IMG/VR virus record: IMGVR_UViG_3300045988_129873
Coordinates: 1-28,944 of that record
Direction: 5' to 3' (one strand)
DNA from: a virus
Lineage: Duplodnaviria; Heunggongvirae; Uroviricota; Caudoviricetes
DNA length: 28,944 nt
The stretch's first letter is position 1. Each line of letters begins with the position of its first letter. Below the pieces are notes generated by a model, which saw nothing but the letters and a program-made list of their open reading frames with translations, was not told the DNA's origin and made no database searches. The position numbers were made by a program, and so were the translations under genes. Of this stretch, positions 16,798 to 25,998 are shown piece by piece.

Positions 16798-17227
16798 TGC
16801 CGTCACGGTGCTGAAAACCAGCCCCGAGATGCTGCGGATATTCGTGGATAACGGGAGTATTGCCTCCACACTGGCGACGTCGCTGTCATTCGAAAAGCGT
16901 TACACGCTCAATGTGATTGTGACCGACTTTACCGGTGATTTTGACCTGCTCATTGTGCCGGTGCTGGCGTGGCTGCGGGAGAATCAGCCCGACATCATGA
17001 CCACCGACGCAGGCCAGAAAAAGGGCTTCACGTTTTATGCAGACATCAACAATGACAGCAGCTTTGATATCAGCATCAGCCTGATGCTGACCGAGCGCAC
17101 GCTGGTCAGTGAGGTGGACGGCGCGCTGCATGTGAAGAATATCCCGGAACCCCCGCCGCCGGAGCCGGTCACCCGCCCGATGGAGCTTTATATCAATGGC
17201 GAACTGGTGAGCAAGTGGGATGAATGA
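16760..17227 (+). CDS. R: Tail completion protein R (155 aa)
   Basis: 155 aa. P2 order lysC-R-S. Confidence 0.88.
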   Translation: MLKPDSLRRALTDAVTVLKTSPEMLRIFVDNGSIASTLATSLSFEKRYTLNVIVTDFTGDFDLLIVPVLAWLRENQPDIMTTDAGQKKGFTFYADINNDSSFDISISLMLTERTLVSEVDGALHVKNIPEPPPPEPVTRPMELYINGELVSKWDE

Positions 17228-17672
17228 GTTTAAGCGTTTTGAAGACCGGCTGGCCGGACTTATTGAATCGCTGTCACCGTCAGGGCGTCGGCGACTGAGT
17301 GCCGAACTGGCGAAACGTCTGCGTCAGAGTCAGCAGCGTCGGGTGATGGCACAGAAAGCCCCGGACGGCACACCCTTCGCGCCACGCCAGCAGCAGAGAG
17401 CCAGAAAAAAGACCGGTCGCGTTAAGCGAAAAATGTTTGCGAAACTTATCACCAGTCGTTTTTTGCATATCCGCGCCAGCCCGGAACAGGCATCAATGGA
17501 ATTTTACGGCGGGAAGTCACCGAAAATCGCCAGTGTGCATCAGTTCGGTCTGTCGGAAGAAACCCGGAAAGACGGTAAGAAAATTGATTATCCGGCGCGT
17601 CCTCTGCTCGGCTTTACCGGTGAGGATGTGCAGATGATTGAAGAGATTATCCTGGCTCACCTCGACCGTTAG
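17220..17672 (+). CDS. S: Tail completion protein S (150 aa)
   Basis: 150 aa. Follows R with an overlapping start. Confidence 0.88.
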   Translation: MNEFKRFEDRLAGLIESLSPSGRRRLSAELAKRLRQSQQRRVMAQKAPDGTPFAPRQQQRARKKTGRVKRKMFAKLITSRFLHIRASPEQASMEFYGGKSPKIASVHQFGLSEETRKDGKKIDYPARPLLGFTGEDVQMIEEIILAHLDR

Positions 17673-17738
17673 TTGTGCCATTCCCGACACCTCATCGTCA
17701 CATTGCCGCCGGTATGACCCGGCGGCATCCTTCCCGTT

Positions 17739-18374
17739 ATGAACACTCTCGCAAATATTCAGGAACTCGCGCGCGCACTGCGCAACATGATACGCACCGG
17801 CATTATCGTCGAAACCGACCTTAACGCCGGTCGCTGCCGTGTGCAGACCGGCGGCATGTGCACCGACTGGCTTCAGTGGCTGACCCATCGCGCCGGACGT
17901 TCGCGCACGTGGTGGGCACCTTCCGAGGGGGAACAGGTGCTGATTCTGGCCGTGGGCGGTGAACTCGACACAGCGTTCGTTCTGCCGGGGATTTATTCCG
18001 GTGATAACCCCGCGCCGTCTGCGTCGGCGGATGCCCTGCATATCCGTTTCCCTGACGGGGCGGTGATTGAGTATGAACCCGAAACCAGTGCACTCACGGT
18101 AAGCGGAATTAAAACGGCCAGCGTGACGGCTTCTGATTCTGTTACTGCCACGGTGCCGGTGGTCATGGTGAAAGCGTCAACCCGCATCACCCTGGACACC
18201 CCGGAGGTGGTCTGCACCAACAGACTGATTACCGGCGCGCTGGAAGTGCAGAAGGGCGGGACGATGCGCGGCAACATTAAACATACCGGCGGTGAACTCT
18301 CATCAAACGGTAAGGTACTGCATACCCATAAACACCCCGGCGACAGCGGCGGCACAACCGGGAGTCCTCTATGA
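17739..18374 (+). CDS. V: Baseplate spike / assembly protein V (211 aa)
   Basis: 211 aa. First gene of the V-W-J-I-H-G late operon. Confidence 0.9.
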   Translation: MNTLANIQELARALRNMIRTGIIVETDLNAGRCRVQTGGMCTDWLQWLTHRAGRSRTWWAPSEGEQVLILAVGGELDTAFVLPGIYSGDNPAPSASADALHIRFPDGAVIEYEPETSALTVSGIKTASVTASDSVTATVPVVMVKASTRITLDTPEVVCTNRLITGALEVQKGGTMRGNIKHTGGELSSNGKVLHTHKHPGDSGGTTGSPL

Positions 18375-18718
18375 CAGCGCGTTATCTTGGAATGAATCGC
18401 AGTGATGGCCTGACTGTCACTGACCTTGAGCATATCAGCCAGAGTATCGGCGATATCCTGCGCACGCCGGTCGGCTCACGGGTGATGCGTCGTGATTACG
18501 GCTCATTGCTGGCGTCAATGATTGACCAGCCGCAGACCCCGGCGCTTGAGTTACAGATTAAGGTCGCCTGTTACATGGCGGTGCTGAAATGGGAACCCCG
18601 CGTCACCCTGTCATCCGTCACCACTGAGCGCAGTTTTGACGGGCGAATGACAGTTACGTTAACCGGCCAGCACAACGACACCGGCCAGCAACTTTCGTTA
18701 ACCATCCCTGTGAGTTGA
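18371..18718 (+). CDS. W: Baseplate wedge protein W (gp25-like, 115 aa)
   Basis: 115 aa. Overlapping start with the V stop. Confidence 0.9.
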   Translation: MTARYLGMNRSDGLTVTDLEHISQSIGDILRTPVGSRVMRRDYGSLLASMIDQPQTPALELQIKVACYMAVLKWEPRVTLSSVTTERSFDGRMTVTLTGQHNDTGQQLSLTIPVS

Positions 18719-18722
18719 AACC

Positions 18723-19631
18723 ATGCCGATTATCGACCTGAACCAGCTACCCGCACCGGATGTGGTCGAGGAGCTGGACTTTGAAACCATTCTTGCCGAA
18801 CGCAAGGCGACACTGATTTCCCTTTACCCGGAAGACCAGCAGGAGGCGGTTGCCCGTACCCTGACGCTGGAATCCGAGCCTCTCGTCAAACTGCTGGAGG
18901 AAAATGCTTATCGTGAGCTTATCTGGCGTCAGCGTGTGAATGAGGCCGCACGGGCGGTAATGCTGGCCTGTGCCGCCGGTAATGACCTTGATGTGATTGG
19001 TGCCAATTACAACACCACACGCCTGATTATCACCCCGGCAGATGATTCGACCATCCCGCCGACACCGGCAGTGATGGAATCTGACACCGATTATCGGCTG
19101 CGTATTCAGCAGGCGTTTGAAGGTTTAAGCGTCGCCGGGTCGGTGGGTGCCTATCAGTATCATGGCCGCAGTGCCGACGGGCGTGTCGCGGATATCTCTG
19201 TCACCAGTCCGTCTCCGGCCTGCGTCACTATCTCTGTGCTGTCACGTGAAAATAACGGTGTCGCATCCGAAGACCTGCTGGCGGTGGTGCGTAACGCCCT
19301 TAATGGCGAGGACGTCAGGCCGGTGGCCGACCGCGTGACCGTGCAGTCTGCCGCCATCGTTGAATACCAGATAAACGCCACGCTTTACCTTTACCCTGGT
19401 CCCGAAAGCGAACCCATACGCGCTGCCGCCGTGAAAAAACTGGAAGCGTATATCACGGCACAGCACCGGCTGGGGCGCGATATCCGACTGTCTGCCATTT
19501 ATGCCGCTTTGCATGTGGAAGGCGTGCAGCGTGTCGAACTGGCTGCACCGCTGGCCGATATCGTGCTTAACAGCACGCAGGCGTCTTTCTGTACCGAATA
19601 CAGCGTCGTGACCGGAGGCTCGGATGAGTGA
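18723..19631 (+). CDS. J: Baseplate protein J (302 aa)
   Basis: 302 aa. P2 order. Confidence 0.9.
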   Translation: MPIIDLNQLPAPDVVEELDFETILAERKATLISLYPEDQQEAVARTLTLESEPLVKLLEENAYRELIWRQRVNEAARAVMLACAAGNDLDVIGANYNTTRLIITPADDSTIPPTPAVMESDTDYRLRIQQAFEGLSVAGSVGAYQYHGRSADGRVADISVTSPSPACVTISVLSRENNGVASEDLLAVVRNALNGEDVRPVADRVTVQSAAIVEYQINATLYLYPGPESEPIRAAAVKKLEAYITAQHRLGRDIRLSAIYAALHVEGVQRVELAAPLADIVLNSTQASFCTEYSVVTGGSDE

Positions 19632-20154
19632 TTCGCGACTGCTGCCGACCGGCTCATCACCGCTTGAAGTCGCCGCCGCAAAAGCCTGTGCGGAAATTGA
19701 AAAAACGCCGGTCAGGATTCGTGAGCTGTGGAACCCGGACACCTGCCCGGCAAATTTGCTGCCGTGGCTGGCGTGGGCGTTTTCGGTCGACAGATGGGAT
19801 GAAAAGTGGCCGGAAGCGACAAAACGCGCCGTTATCCGCGATGCCTATTTCATCCACTGTCATAAAGGCACTATCGGCGCAATCCGGCGTGTGGTGGAGC
19901 CGCTCGGCTATCTCATCAACGTGACGGAGTGGTGGGAAAACAGTGACCCGCCCGGCACCTTCCGGCTCGATATTGGTGTACTGGAAAGCGGCATCACAGA
20001 GGCAATGTATCAGGAAATGGAACGGCTGATTGCTGATGCCAAACCTGCAAGTCGCCACCTTATTGGCCTGAACATTACCCGGGACATTCCCGGCTACCTG
20101 TTCGCCGGTTGTGTGGCTTACGACGGCGATGTAATTACGGTTTACCCCGGATAA
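19624..20154 (+). CDS. I: Baseplate protein I (176 aa)
   Basis: 176 aa. Overlaps the J end. Confidence 0.9.
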   Translation: MSDSRLLPTGSSPLEVAAAKACAEIEKTPVRIRELWNPDTCPANLLPWLAWAFSVDRWDEKWPEATKRAVIRDAYFIHCHKGTIGAIRRVVEPLGYLINVTEWWENSDPPGTFRLDIGVLESGITEAMYQEMERLIADAKPASRHLIGLNITRDIPGYLFAGCVAYDGDVITVYPG

Positions 20155-20164
20155 GTGAGGAATA

Positions 20165-22414
20165 ATGAGCACAAAATTCAGAACCGTTATCACCACTGCC
20201 GGTGCAGCAAAGCTGGCAGCGGCAACCGCGCCGGGAGGGCGGAAGGTCAACATTACCACGATGGCCGTCGGGGATGGCGGTGGTAAATTGCCTGTCCCGG
20301 ATGCCGGACAGACCGGGCTTATCCACGAAGTCTGGCGACATGCGCTGAACAAAATCAGCCAGGACAAACGAAACAGTAATTATATTATCGCAGAGCTGGT
20401 TATTCCGCCGGAGGTGGGCGGTTTCTGGATGCGTGAGCTTGGCCTGTACGATGATGCGGGAACGTTAATTGCCGTGGCGAACATGGCCGAAAGTTATAAG
20501 CCTGCCCTTGCCGAAGGCTCAGGGCGTTCGCAGACCTGCCGCATGGTCATCATCGTCAGCAGTGTGGCCTCAGTGGCGCTGACCATTGACACCACAACGG
20601 TGATGGCAACGCAGGATTACGTTGATGACAAAATTGCAGAGCACGAACAGTCACGACGTCACCCGGACGCCTCGCTGACCGCAAAAGGTTTTACTCAGCT
20701 AAGCAGCGCGACCAACAGCACGTCTGAAACACTGGCCGCAACGCCGAAAGCAGTAAAGACCGCCTATGACCTTGCTAACGGGAAATATACTGCGCAGGAT
20801 GCCACCACAGCGCGAAAAGGTCTTGTCCAGCTCAGTAGTGCCACCAACAGCACGTCTGAAACGCTCGCCGCAACACCAAAAGCGGTTAAGGCAGCGTATG
20901 ACCTTGCTAACGGGAAATACACTGCACAGGACGCCACCACAGCGCGAAAAGGTCTTGTCCAGCTCAGTAGCGTCACCAACAGCGATTCTGAAACGCTTGC
21001 GGCAACGCCAAAGGCGGTAAAGGCCGCGTATGACCTTGCTAACGGGAAATACACTGCACAGGATGCCACTACAGCGCGAAAAGGTCTTGTCCAGCTCAGT
21101 AGCGCCACCAACAGTGATTCTGAAACGCTGGCCGCAACATCAAAAGCGGTGAAGTCTGCCTATGACAATGCTGAAAAACGTCTTCAGAAAGATCAGAACG
21201 GTGCGGATATTCCTGATAAAGGACGCTTCCTGAGTAACATTAATGTTTACAGCAAAGGTGAAGTGGATAAGAAAAAGGGAATGCGAAAGTATTCGTTTGC
21301 AGCCCCTGCAAATGTCGTTGCCGGGAAGTGGTATCCCGTTATCTTTCGCCGTGCTGCCAGCCTTTCAGGAGAAATGGCATCCCGCGTCGTTATTTCAACT
21401 GGTTGTTATAACGGCGATTATGTAATGAATAACTGCGAGTTTAATGGCATGGTTATGCCCGGAGGCTGGACCGATCGTGGTTCATATGCGGCAGGTTATT
21501 TCTGGACGTATCAGACTAATGAGCGTTCAATCCATTCCATTGTTACAAGCCTGAAAGATGATGATGTATGTAGTGTTTTTTATGTTGAAGCCAGAGCTTT
21601 CCCAGTACAAATTCTTGCAGAGGAAGGGCTAACGGTTATTGTTCCGACAGAGGATTATGTCGTCGGTCAGACGACATATAAGTGGGGGGCAACTAATCCC
21701 GCTACAGAAAGCACGAACGTACAGGCTATTCTGGATTTTAAAAATGGACGTGGTTATTACTGTTCACATCCATTTATTTCCAGCCTTTCAGGAAATGCTG
21801 CAACAGCAACGAAGTTAGCGAACGCAAGAAATATTAATGGTGTCAGATTTGATGGCTCTGCCGATATAAATATTAATACACTGGTATCCAGAAACCGTGT
21901 TACTGCATTAGGTGGGAGCGTAAAGGGGACACCAGGTATTCAGATGTATGAGGCATACAACAATGGCTACCCAACAGCCTATGGTAATGTGCTTCATCTC
22001 ACTGGCGTAACCGCTGTAGGAGAGGGTGAGTTACTTATTGGCTGGAGTGGAACCAGCGGTGCTCATGCTCCGGCATATATTCGCTCCCGACGAGATACCA
22101 CAGATGCTAACTGGTCTGGATGGGCGCAACTATATACAACTGCTCATAAACCCTCAGCGGGAGATGTTGGTGCATACACCAAAGCTGAGTCAGATTCACG
22201 TTATGTGAGAGACATGCGGTTGGGCGGTGCATCTACATATAAACCAGCAAATAATGGTACTACATGGACGCATCAGGCTCCGTCAGGTTGCGTATATACC
22301 GGCATTATTGTTCAGGATACCGGCTCAAACTCTGCCGATAACATTGGTGGCGTATATTACAGACCGGTGCAGAAATACATTAACGGGACATGGTATAACG
22401 TGGCGCAGGTATAA
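20165..22414 (+). CDS. H: Tail fibre protein H (749 aa) with internal tandem repeats and a lower-GC C-terminal receptor-binding part
   Basis: Conserved N-terminal baseplate-attachment region. Fibre repeat motifs (SSATNSTSETLAATPKAVK). Position before tail-fibre assembly gene G. Confidence 0.9.
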   Translation: MSTKFRTVITTAGAAKLAAATAPGGRKVNITTMAVGDGGGKLPVPDAGQTGLIHEVWRHALNKISQDKRNSNYIIAELVIPPEVGGFWMRELGLYDDAGTLIAVANMAESYKPALAEGSGRSQTCRMVIIVSSVASVALTIDTTTVMATQDYVDDKIAEHEQSRRHPDASLTAKGFTQLSSATNSTSETLAATPKAVKTAYDLANGKYTAQDATTARKGLVQLSSATNSTSETLAATPKAVKAAYDLANGKYTAQDATTARKGLVQLSSVTNSDSETLAATPKAVKAAYDLANGKYTAQDATTARKGLVQLSSATNSDSETLAATSKAVKSAYDNAEKRLQKDQNGADIPDKGRFLSNINVYSKGEVDKKKGMRKYSFAAPANVVAGKWYPVIFRRAASLSGEMASRVVISTGCYNGDYVMNNCEFNGMVMPGGWTDRGSYAAGYFWTYQTNERSIHSIVTSLKDDDVCSVFYVEARAFPVQILAEEGLTVIVPTEDYVVGQTTYKWGATNPATESTNVQAILDFKNGRGYYCSHPFISSLSGNAATATKLANARNINGVRFDGSADININTLVSRNRVTALGGSVKGTPGIQMYEAYNNGYPTAYGNVLHLTGVTAVGEGELLIGWSGTSGAHAPAYIRSRRDTTDANWSGWAQLYTTAHKPSAGDVGAYTKAESDSRYVRDMRLGGASTYKPANNGTTWTHQAPSGCVYTGIIVQDTGSNSADNIGGVYYRPVQKYINGTWYNVAQV
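20684..21181 (+). repeat. Tandem 132-bp (44-aa) in-frame repeat array, about 3.75 copies, inside gene H
   Basis: aaaggtcttgtccagctcagtag recurs at 20816, 20948 and 21080 (period 132). Protein units KG[FL][TV]QLSS[AV]TNS[TD]SETLAATPKAVK[TA]AYDLANGKYTAQDATTAR. Confidence 0.9.
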
Positions 22415-22417
22415 TTT

Positions 22418-22945
22418 ATGCAGCATTTAAAAAATATTACGGCGGGTAATCCAAAAACGGTTGAACAATATCAATTGACAAAGGACTTTGATGTTGTCTG
22501 GTTTTTTTCAGAAGATGGTAAGAACTGGTACGAAGAACAAAAGTATTTTGCTGATGACACGATAAAAATAGCGTACGACAAAGATAATATCATCCACTAT
22601 GTGGAAAAGGATGTGACAGCTATCAGACCGGATGGATTAAGTGTTGTTGAAGTGGCGGATATTACTGCTAACCGACGGGCGGACATTTCAGGGAACTGGA
22701 TGTTTAAGGACGGCAAAGTGATTAAACGCATTTATACGGCAGAGGAATTACAGCAGCAGGCAGAAATTCGGAAAGCCAGACTTCTTGCAGATGCTGAATC
22801 CGTGATTTTGCCGCTGGAGCGCGCGGTCAGACTGAACATGGCAACAGATGAGGAGCGCAGCCGACTGGAAGCATGGGAACGCTACAGCGTTCTGGTCAGT
22901 CGTGTGGATCCTGCAAATCCTGAATGGCCGGAAATGCCGCAATAA
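22418..22945 (+). CDS. G: Tail fibre assembly chaperone G (175 aa)
   Basis: 175 aa. Directly downstream of H. Confidence 0.88.
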   Translation: MQHLKNITAGNPKTVEQYQLTKDFDVVWFFSEDGKNWYEEQKYFADDTIKIAYDKDNIIHYVEKDVTAIRPDGLSVVEVADITANRRADISGNWMFKDGKVIKRIYTAEELQQQAEIRKARLLADAESVILPLERAVRLNMATDEERSRLEAWERYSVLVSRVDPANPEWPEMPQ

Positions 22946-23107
22946 GTTGTATGAGCTCTGGTGTGAGCTTACATATTTATGGCACAGAGTAAAGCCTAAT
23001 CTGACAGTCCGCTCTGTGCCACGAGCGGAAGCTGTCAAGATCATGCTAGATAGCGGGAGGGGCAAGCAATAGCAGATATGCGAACATGGTGATATATAAG
23101 ATAAATA

Positions 23108-23136
23108 GCCTATCAATAATAAAATCCCTGATAGGC
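23108..23136 (-). terminator. Candidate hairpin terminator downstream of the 720-aa cargo gene (stem gcctatca/tgataggc, 13-nt loop)
   Basis: Inverted repeat read from the sequence, about 50 bp 3' of the minus-strand stop. The loop is long and the T-tract weak. Confidence 0.3.
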
Positions 23137-23182
23137 TGTGATGAATAATTAATTCAGTCATTGAACCATATACTGCGGTTTT

Positions 23183-25345
23183 TTAGTTCTTTATTTTTGC
23201 CATTTTTTTATAATGTGCAGAATAACCTGTGTGCTCAAACACTAATCTAAGCCCCTCTTTGAAATCATTATAGTTAAATTCCTTGAAGTCAAAAATGTTC
23301 TGTCCTAATGAGTGTGACTCTCTGTTTATGTAACGAATAAAGGATTGAAATCGTGGTTTTTTTAACTCTGGTTTTTGAGTGACATTGCTTAAATCTGCTT
23401 TTTGTACAAAATTGAAAAAGTATTCAATTATATTTCTCATGCAGTTAGCAATTAAGGCAGGAGGCTGTTTGTCATCATTGATTACTGACCAATAAGACTG
23501 GTAGTCATTTTGTATTTCATCGTATTTCATTAAGATAATTGAACTGCCGTTGGAGTTTTTAGAAAGCCTAAATAAATTTTGATTTTCTTTTCTTCTTTCA
23601 TGGTTTGCATCAGCGAGTTCATAGAAAAAATATAAGCTGTGAGATAAAACAAATATCTGCTCTATTTCATTAGAGTTAAAGAAATCATTTTTTATTAGTT
23701 GGCCTATATTGTAGACAAAAATATGTGATAAGCTTGATACAGGATCATCGATTATAGCTATTTTTTTGGTTTTACCCTCGGTGGCGACTCTTTTACCTCT
23801 GAATAGTTCTCTAAAATACAAAAGGCTGATAATCATTTTTTCGCCTTCACTTAATGATGAGAATACTTTAGAATTAGAGTCATTACGTACTATGCGATAA
23901 AGAGTATCCTCATATTTTGCGATGTGAAAATCTGTGATTCCGATGTCATTTAAACCTTGGTTTATGTTGAATACGGCATCATCTATATTTACTGTTGATT
24001 TCTGATATTCAATCCGTTCTGCATCTTTAGTCTTTATTTTTGCTTCTTTTTCATCTTTGGCGGTGTTTTTTCTGATTATTATAATGTTTGCACTTTCTTT
24101 TATTTCGTTGAAATTTAAAATTGTTTGATCATACTCATACCTTAAGAACTGCCAGAAAGAAATTTTTATTTTTTCTAGCTCGTGTTTTGCATTGTCTATT
24201 TTTGAGTTATGTGTGGTTATTTCATTGTTCACTAATTTCACTAATGAATTGAAGTTATCAACAGAGTTGGATATATCATTCAGCGTTACTGGGGTACTGG
24301 GGTTTGTTACCTTCTGCTTTATTAGTTCCAAGTTGCTCTCTGTATCTTTTCTTAACAGGGCGTAACAGTCGCTTAATTGAACTATATAATTTGAAGATAG
24401 TTTGCATTCTTTATAAGTATCCAGTGAAGGAATACTGTCAATCAATGAGTTATATTTGGTCTGAATGGATTTTATTTTTTTTACACTATCTTGATACGTT
24501 TCATCGAAATAGTTGCGAATATGCTGAACCAAGTTTTCAGTTATAATTTGAGATTGACAAAATGGACACTGAGAATCTCCTGTTTGTTCTAAGTATTTTA
24601 GTCCTTCATTTACCCAATCAGAGTTCTGAAGCTTACTTATAAGATATGAAACGGGACTATCTGTACTTCCCACAATTATATTCTGAAGTAATTCCACTTC
24701 ATCGAGTGATAATACGATGGTGTGAATCTCCTCTAGCATGCTGTATTTTATTGCTGTTTCGCCATCAATCGCACTTGCTTCTTCTTTTAAGTCAGAGATG
24801 TTTTTTGATGGCTTAGAATTAGGTAAAGGAATGGAGCAAAGATGGTTGAATAATGATTCTTTACTTCCCATTTTTCCTAATAAACAAAATTCAAGGACCC
24901 TGTCACCACCTGAATAGTTGGTTTTTATTTCCCATGTTTTATTTTGAGCTTTGTTTTTTGCATCAGAAACAGAGGTGTTTTGTGCTGTTATTTCTTTTTC
25001 AATTTCACGTTTTTCATCAGATAGTTTTATTATTTCTAATGTGAGGCTCTCAACCTTTTCTTTTGCTTCTTTATTTTCCTTGGACAAGCTAAATATTCCA
25101 TTTAAAGAATCCTTTGCATAAAAGTTATCCTGAATGAATTTCTGATTGTAGACAAGGATTTCATCATACTCACCTGAGTGGGAACAATTCTCATATTTTT
25201 TATTATCTATGTCATAGAAATAATTGGAGAAGGTGCTTTTACCTGTTCCATTTAAACCATAAATAATATTTACTTTTTTATCAGTATTTAACTCTGATTT
25301 TGACTTATAACTTGCAACTTTATTTAGAACTATATTGTTTATCAT
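23183..25345 (-). CDS. AT-rich cargo gene at the Z/fun position: ABC/SMC-type ATPase with coiled-coil, CxxC hook-like motif and C-terminal HEPN-like R-x6-H; candidate RloC/PrrC-like defence nuclease, 720 aa
   Basis: Walker A GLNGTGKST at residues 30-38 (25232..25258). Charged coiled-coil stretches around residues 85-135 and 370-450. SQCPFCQ at residues 257-263 (about 24557..24577). ABC-signature-like SLSEGEK at 497-503. Walker B KKIAIIDDP at 527-535 (23741..23767). H-loop-like VLSHS at about 566-570. RYINRESH at 671-678 (23312..23335). About 25-30% GC in sampled stretches. Confidence 0.8.
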   Translation of the reverse strand: MINNIVLNKVASYKSKSELNTDKKVNIIYGLNGTGKSTFSNYFYDIDNKKYENCSHSGEYDEILVYNQKFIQDNFYAKDSLNGIFSLSKENKEAKEKVESLTLEIIKLSDEKREIEKEITAQNTSVSDAKNKAQNKTWEIKTNYSGGDRVLEFCLLGKMGSKESLFNHLCSIPLPNSKPSKNISDLKEEASAIDGETAIKYSMLEEIHTIVLSLDEVELLQNIIVGSTDSPVSYLISKLQNSDWVNEGLKYLEQTGDSQCPFCQSQIITENLVQHIRNYFDETYQDSVKKIKSIQTKYNSLIDSIPSLDTYKECKLSSNYIVQLSDCYALLRKDTESNLELIKQKVTNPSTPVTLNDISNSVDNFNSLVKLVNNEITTHNSKIDNAKHELEKIKISFWQFLRYEYDQTILNFNEIKESANIIIIRKNTAKDEKEAKIKTKDAERIEYQKSTVNIDDAVFNINQGLNDIGITDFHIAKYEDTLYRIVRNDSNSKVFSSLSEGEKMIISLLYFRELFRGKRVATEGKTKKIAIIDDPVSSLSHIFVYNIGQLIKNDFFNSNEIEQIFVLSHSLYFFYELADANHERRKENQNLFRLSKNSNGSSIILMKYDEIQNDYQSYWSVINDDKQPPALIANCMRNIIEYFFNFVQKADLSNVTQKPELKKPRFQSFIRYINRESHSLGQNIFDFKEFNYNDFKEGLRLVFEHTGYSAHYKKMAKIKN

Positions 25346-25871
25346 GATTTGCCATTTAGATGTTCGTGAATAAAGATTGATAAAGTATCTCTTATGAGGG
25401 CTCTAAGCAAGTAAAAGAGTGATATTTTGCGACATAGATACAAAAGATATTACCTCGCTGCTGCGGGGGGGTATCTTCATTGCAAGGCTTGGGTGTCAGT
25501 TAATTTAAGTGGTGGTTTTGATTATCTTTATATTTTCATGATTAACTAATCACTGTAAAAATTATTTTGTATTTTAGTTGGTCTTTTTTGATTCTAAAAT
25601 TAATAGTGTGCAGGATAAGCGTAAACTAATTTATTCACCGAAACGGTTGGCGGTTCTGTTCGTATTTTTTTCATTCTTGTAGACCCCGCTTCATTCAACA
25701 GTACGTTCAGTAGGTGAGCCTTTATACCACAAGTTTTTTAACTGCCCATAAAAATATTAAAAGTGCGCCTACGAAGTTGCAAGGCCTGCTCCTCGCTCAA
25801 GCAGGCTGTCAGATTTGATAGCGTTTTGGCTATGTAAACTGTCAGTCGGAAAATGAGTGAGTACAAATCAA

Positions 25872-25902
25872 GGCAGGCAATCTGATTGCCCGCCTTTTCT
25901 TT
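25872..25902 (+). terminator. Rho-independent terminator (stem ggcaggcaa/ttgcccgcc with one mismatch, loop tctga, T-tract ttttctttatc), probably ending the H-G late transcript beyond the cargo island
   Basis: Read directly from the sequence. Sits between the cargo island and the FI start. Confidence 0.55.
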
Positions 25903-25998
25903 ATCTGTTGTTTCATCCACTGACCAGTCAGGTCAAATAGCGTCTCATGCACTGCCCAACAGAAAATAGTTGCACCCATTAACCACGGAGTTAAACGG

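Noticed and set aside
20764-21111. ORFs 20764..21111 (minus) and 20766..21020 (plus) with internally repeated peptide sequence
   Set aside because: They are artefacts of the 132-bp tandem repeats in tail fibre gene H; the repeats keep alternative frames open.
25738-25920. 60-aa minus-strand ORF between the cargo island and FI
   Set aside because: It starts at a GTG without an SD and overlaps the terminator hairpin at 25872..25902. It is probably not coding.
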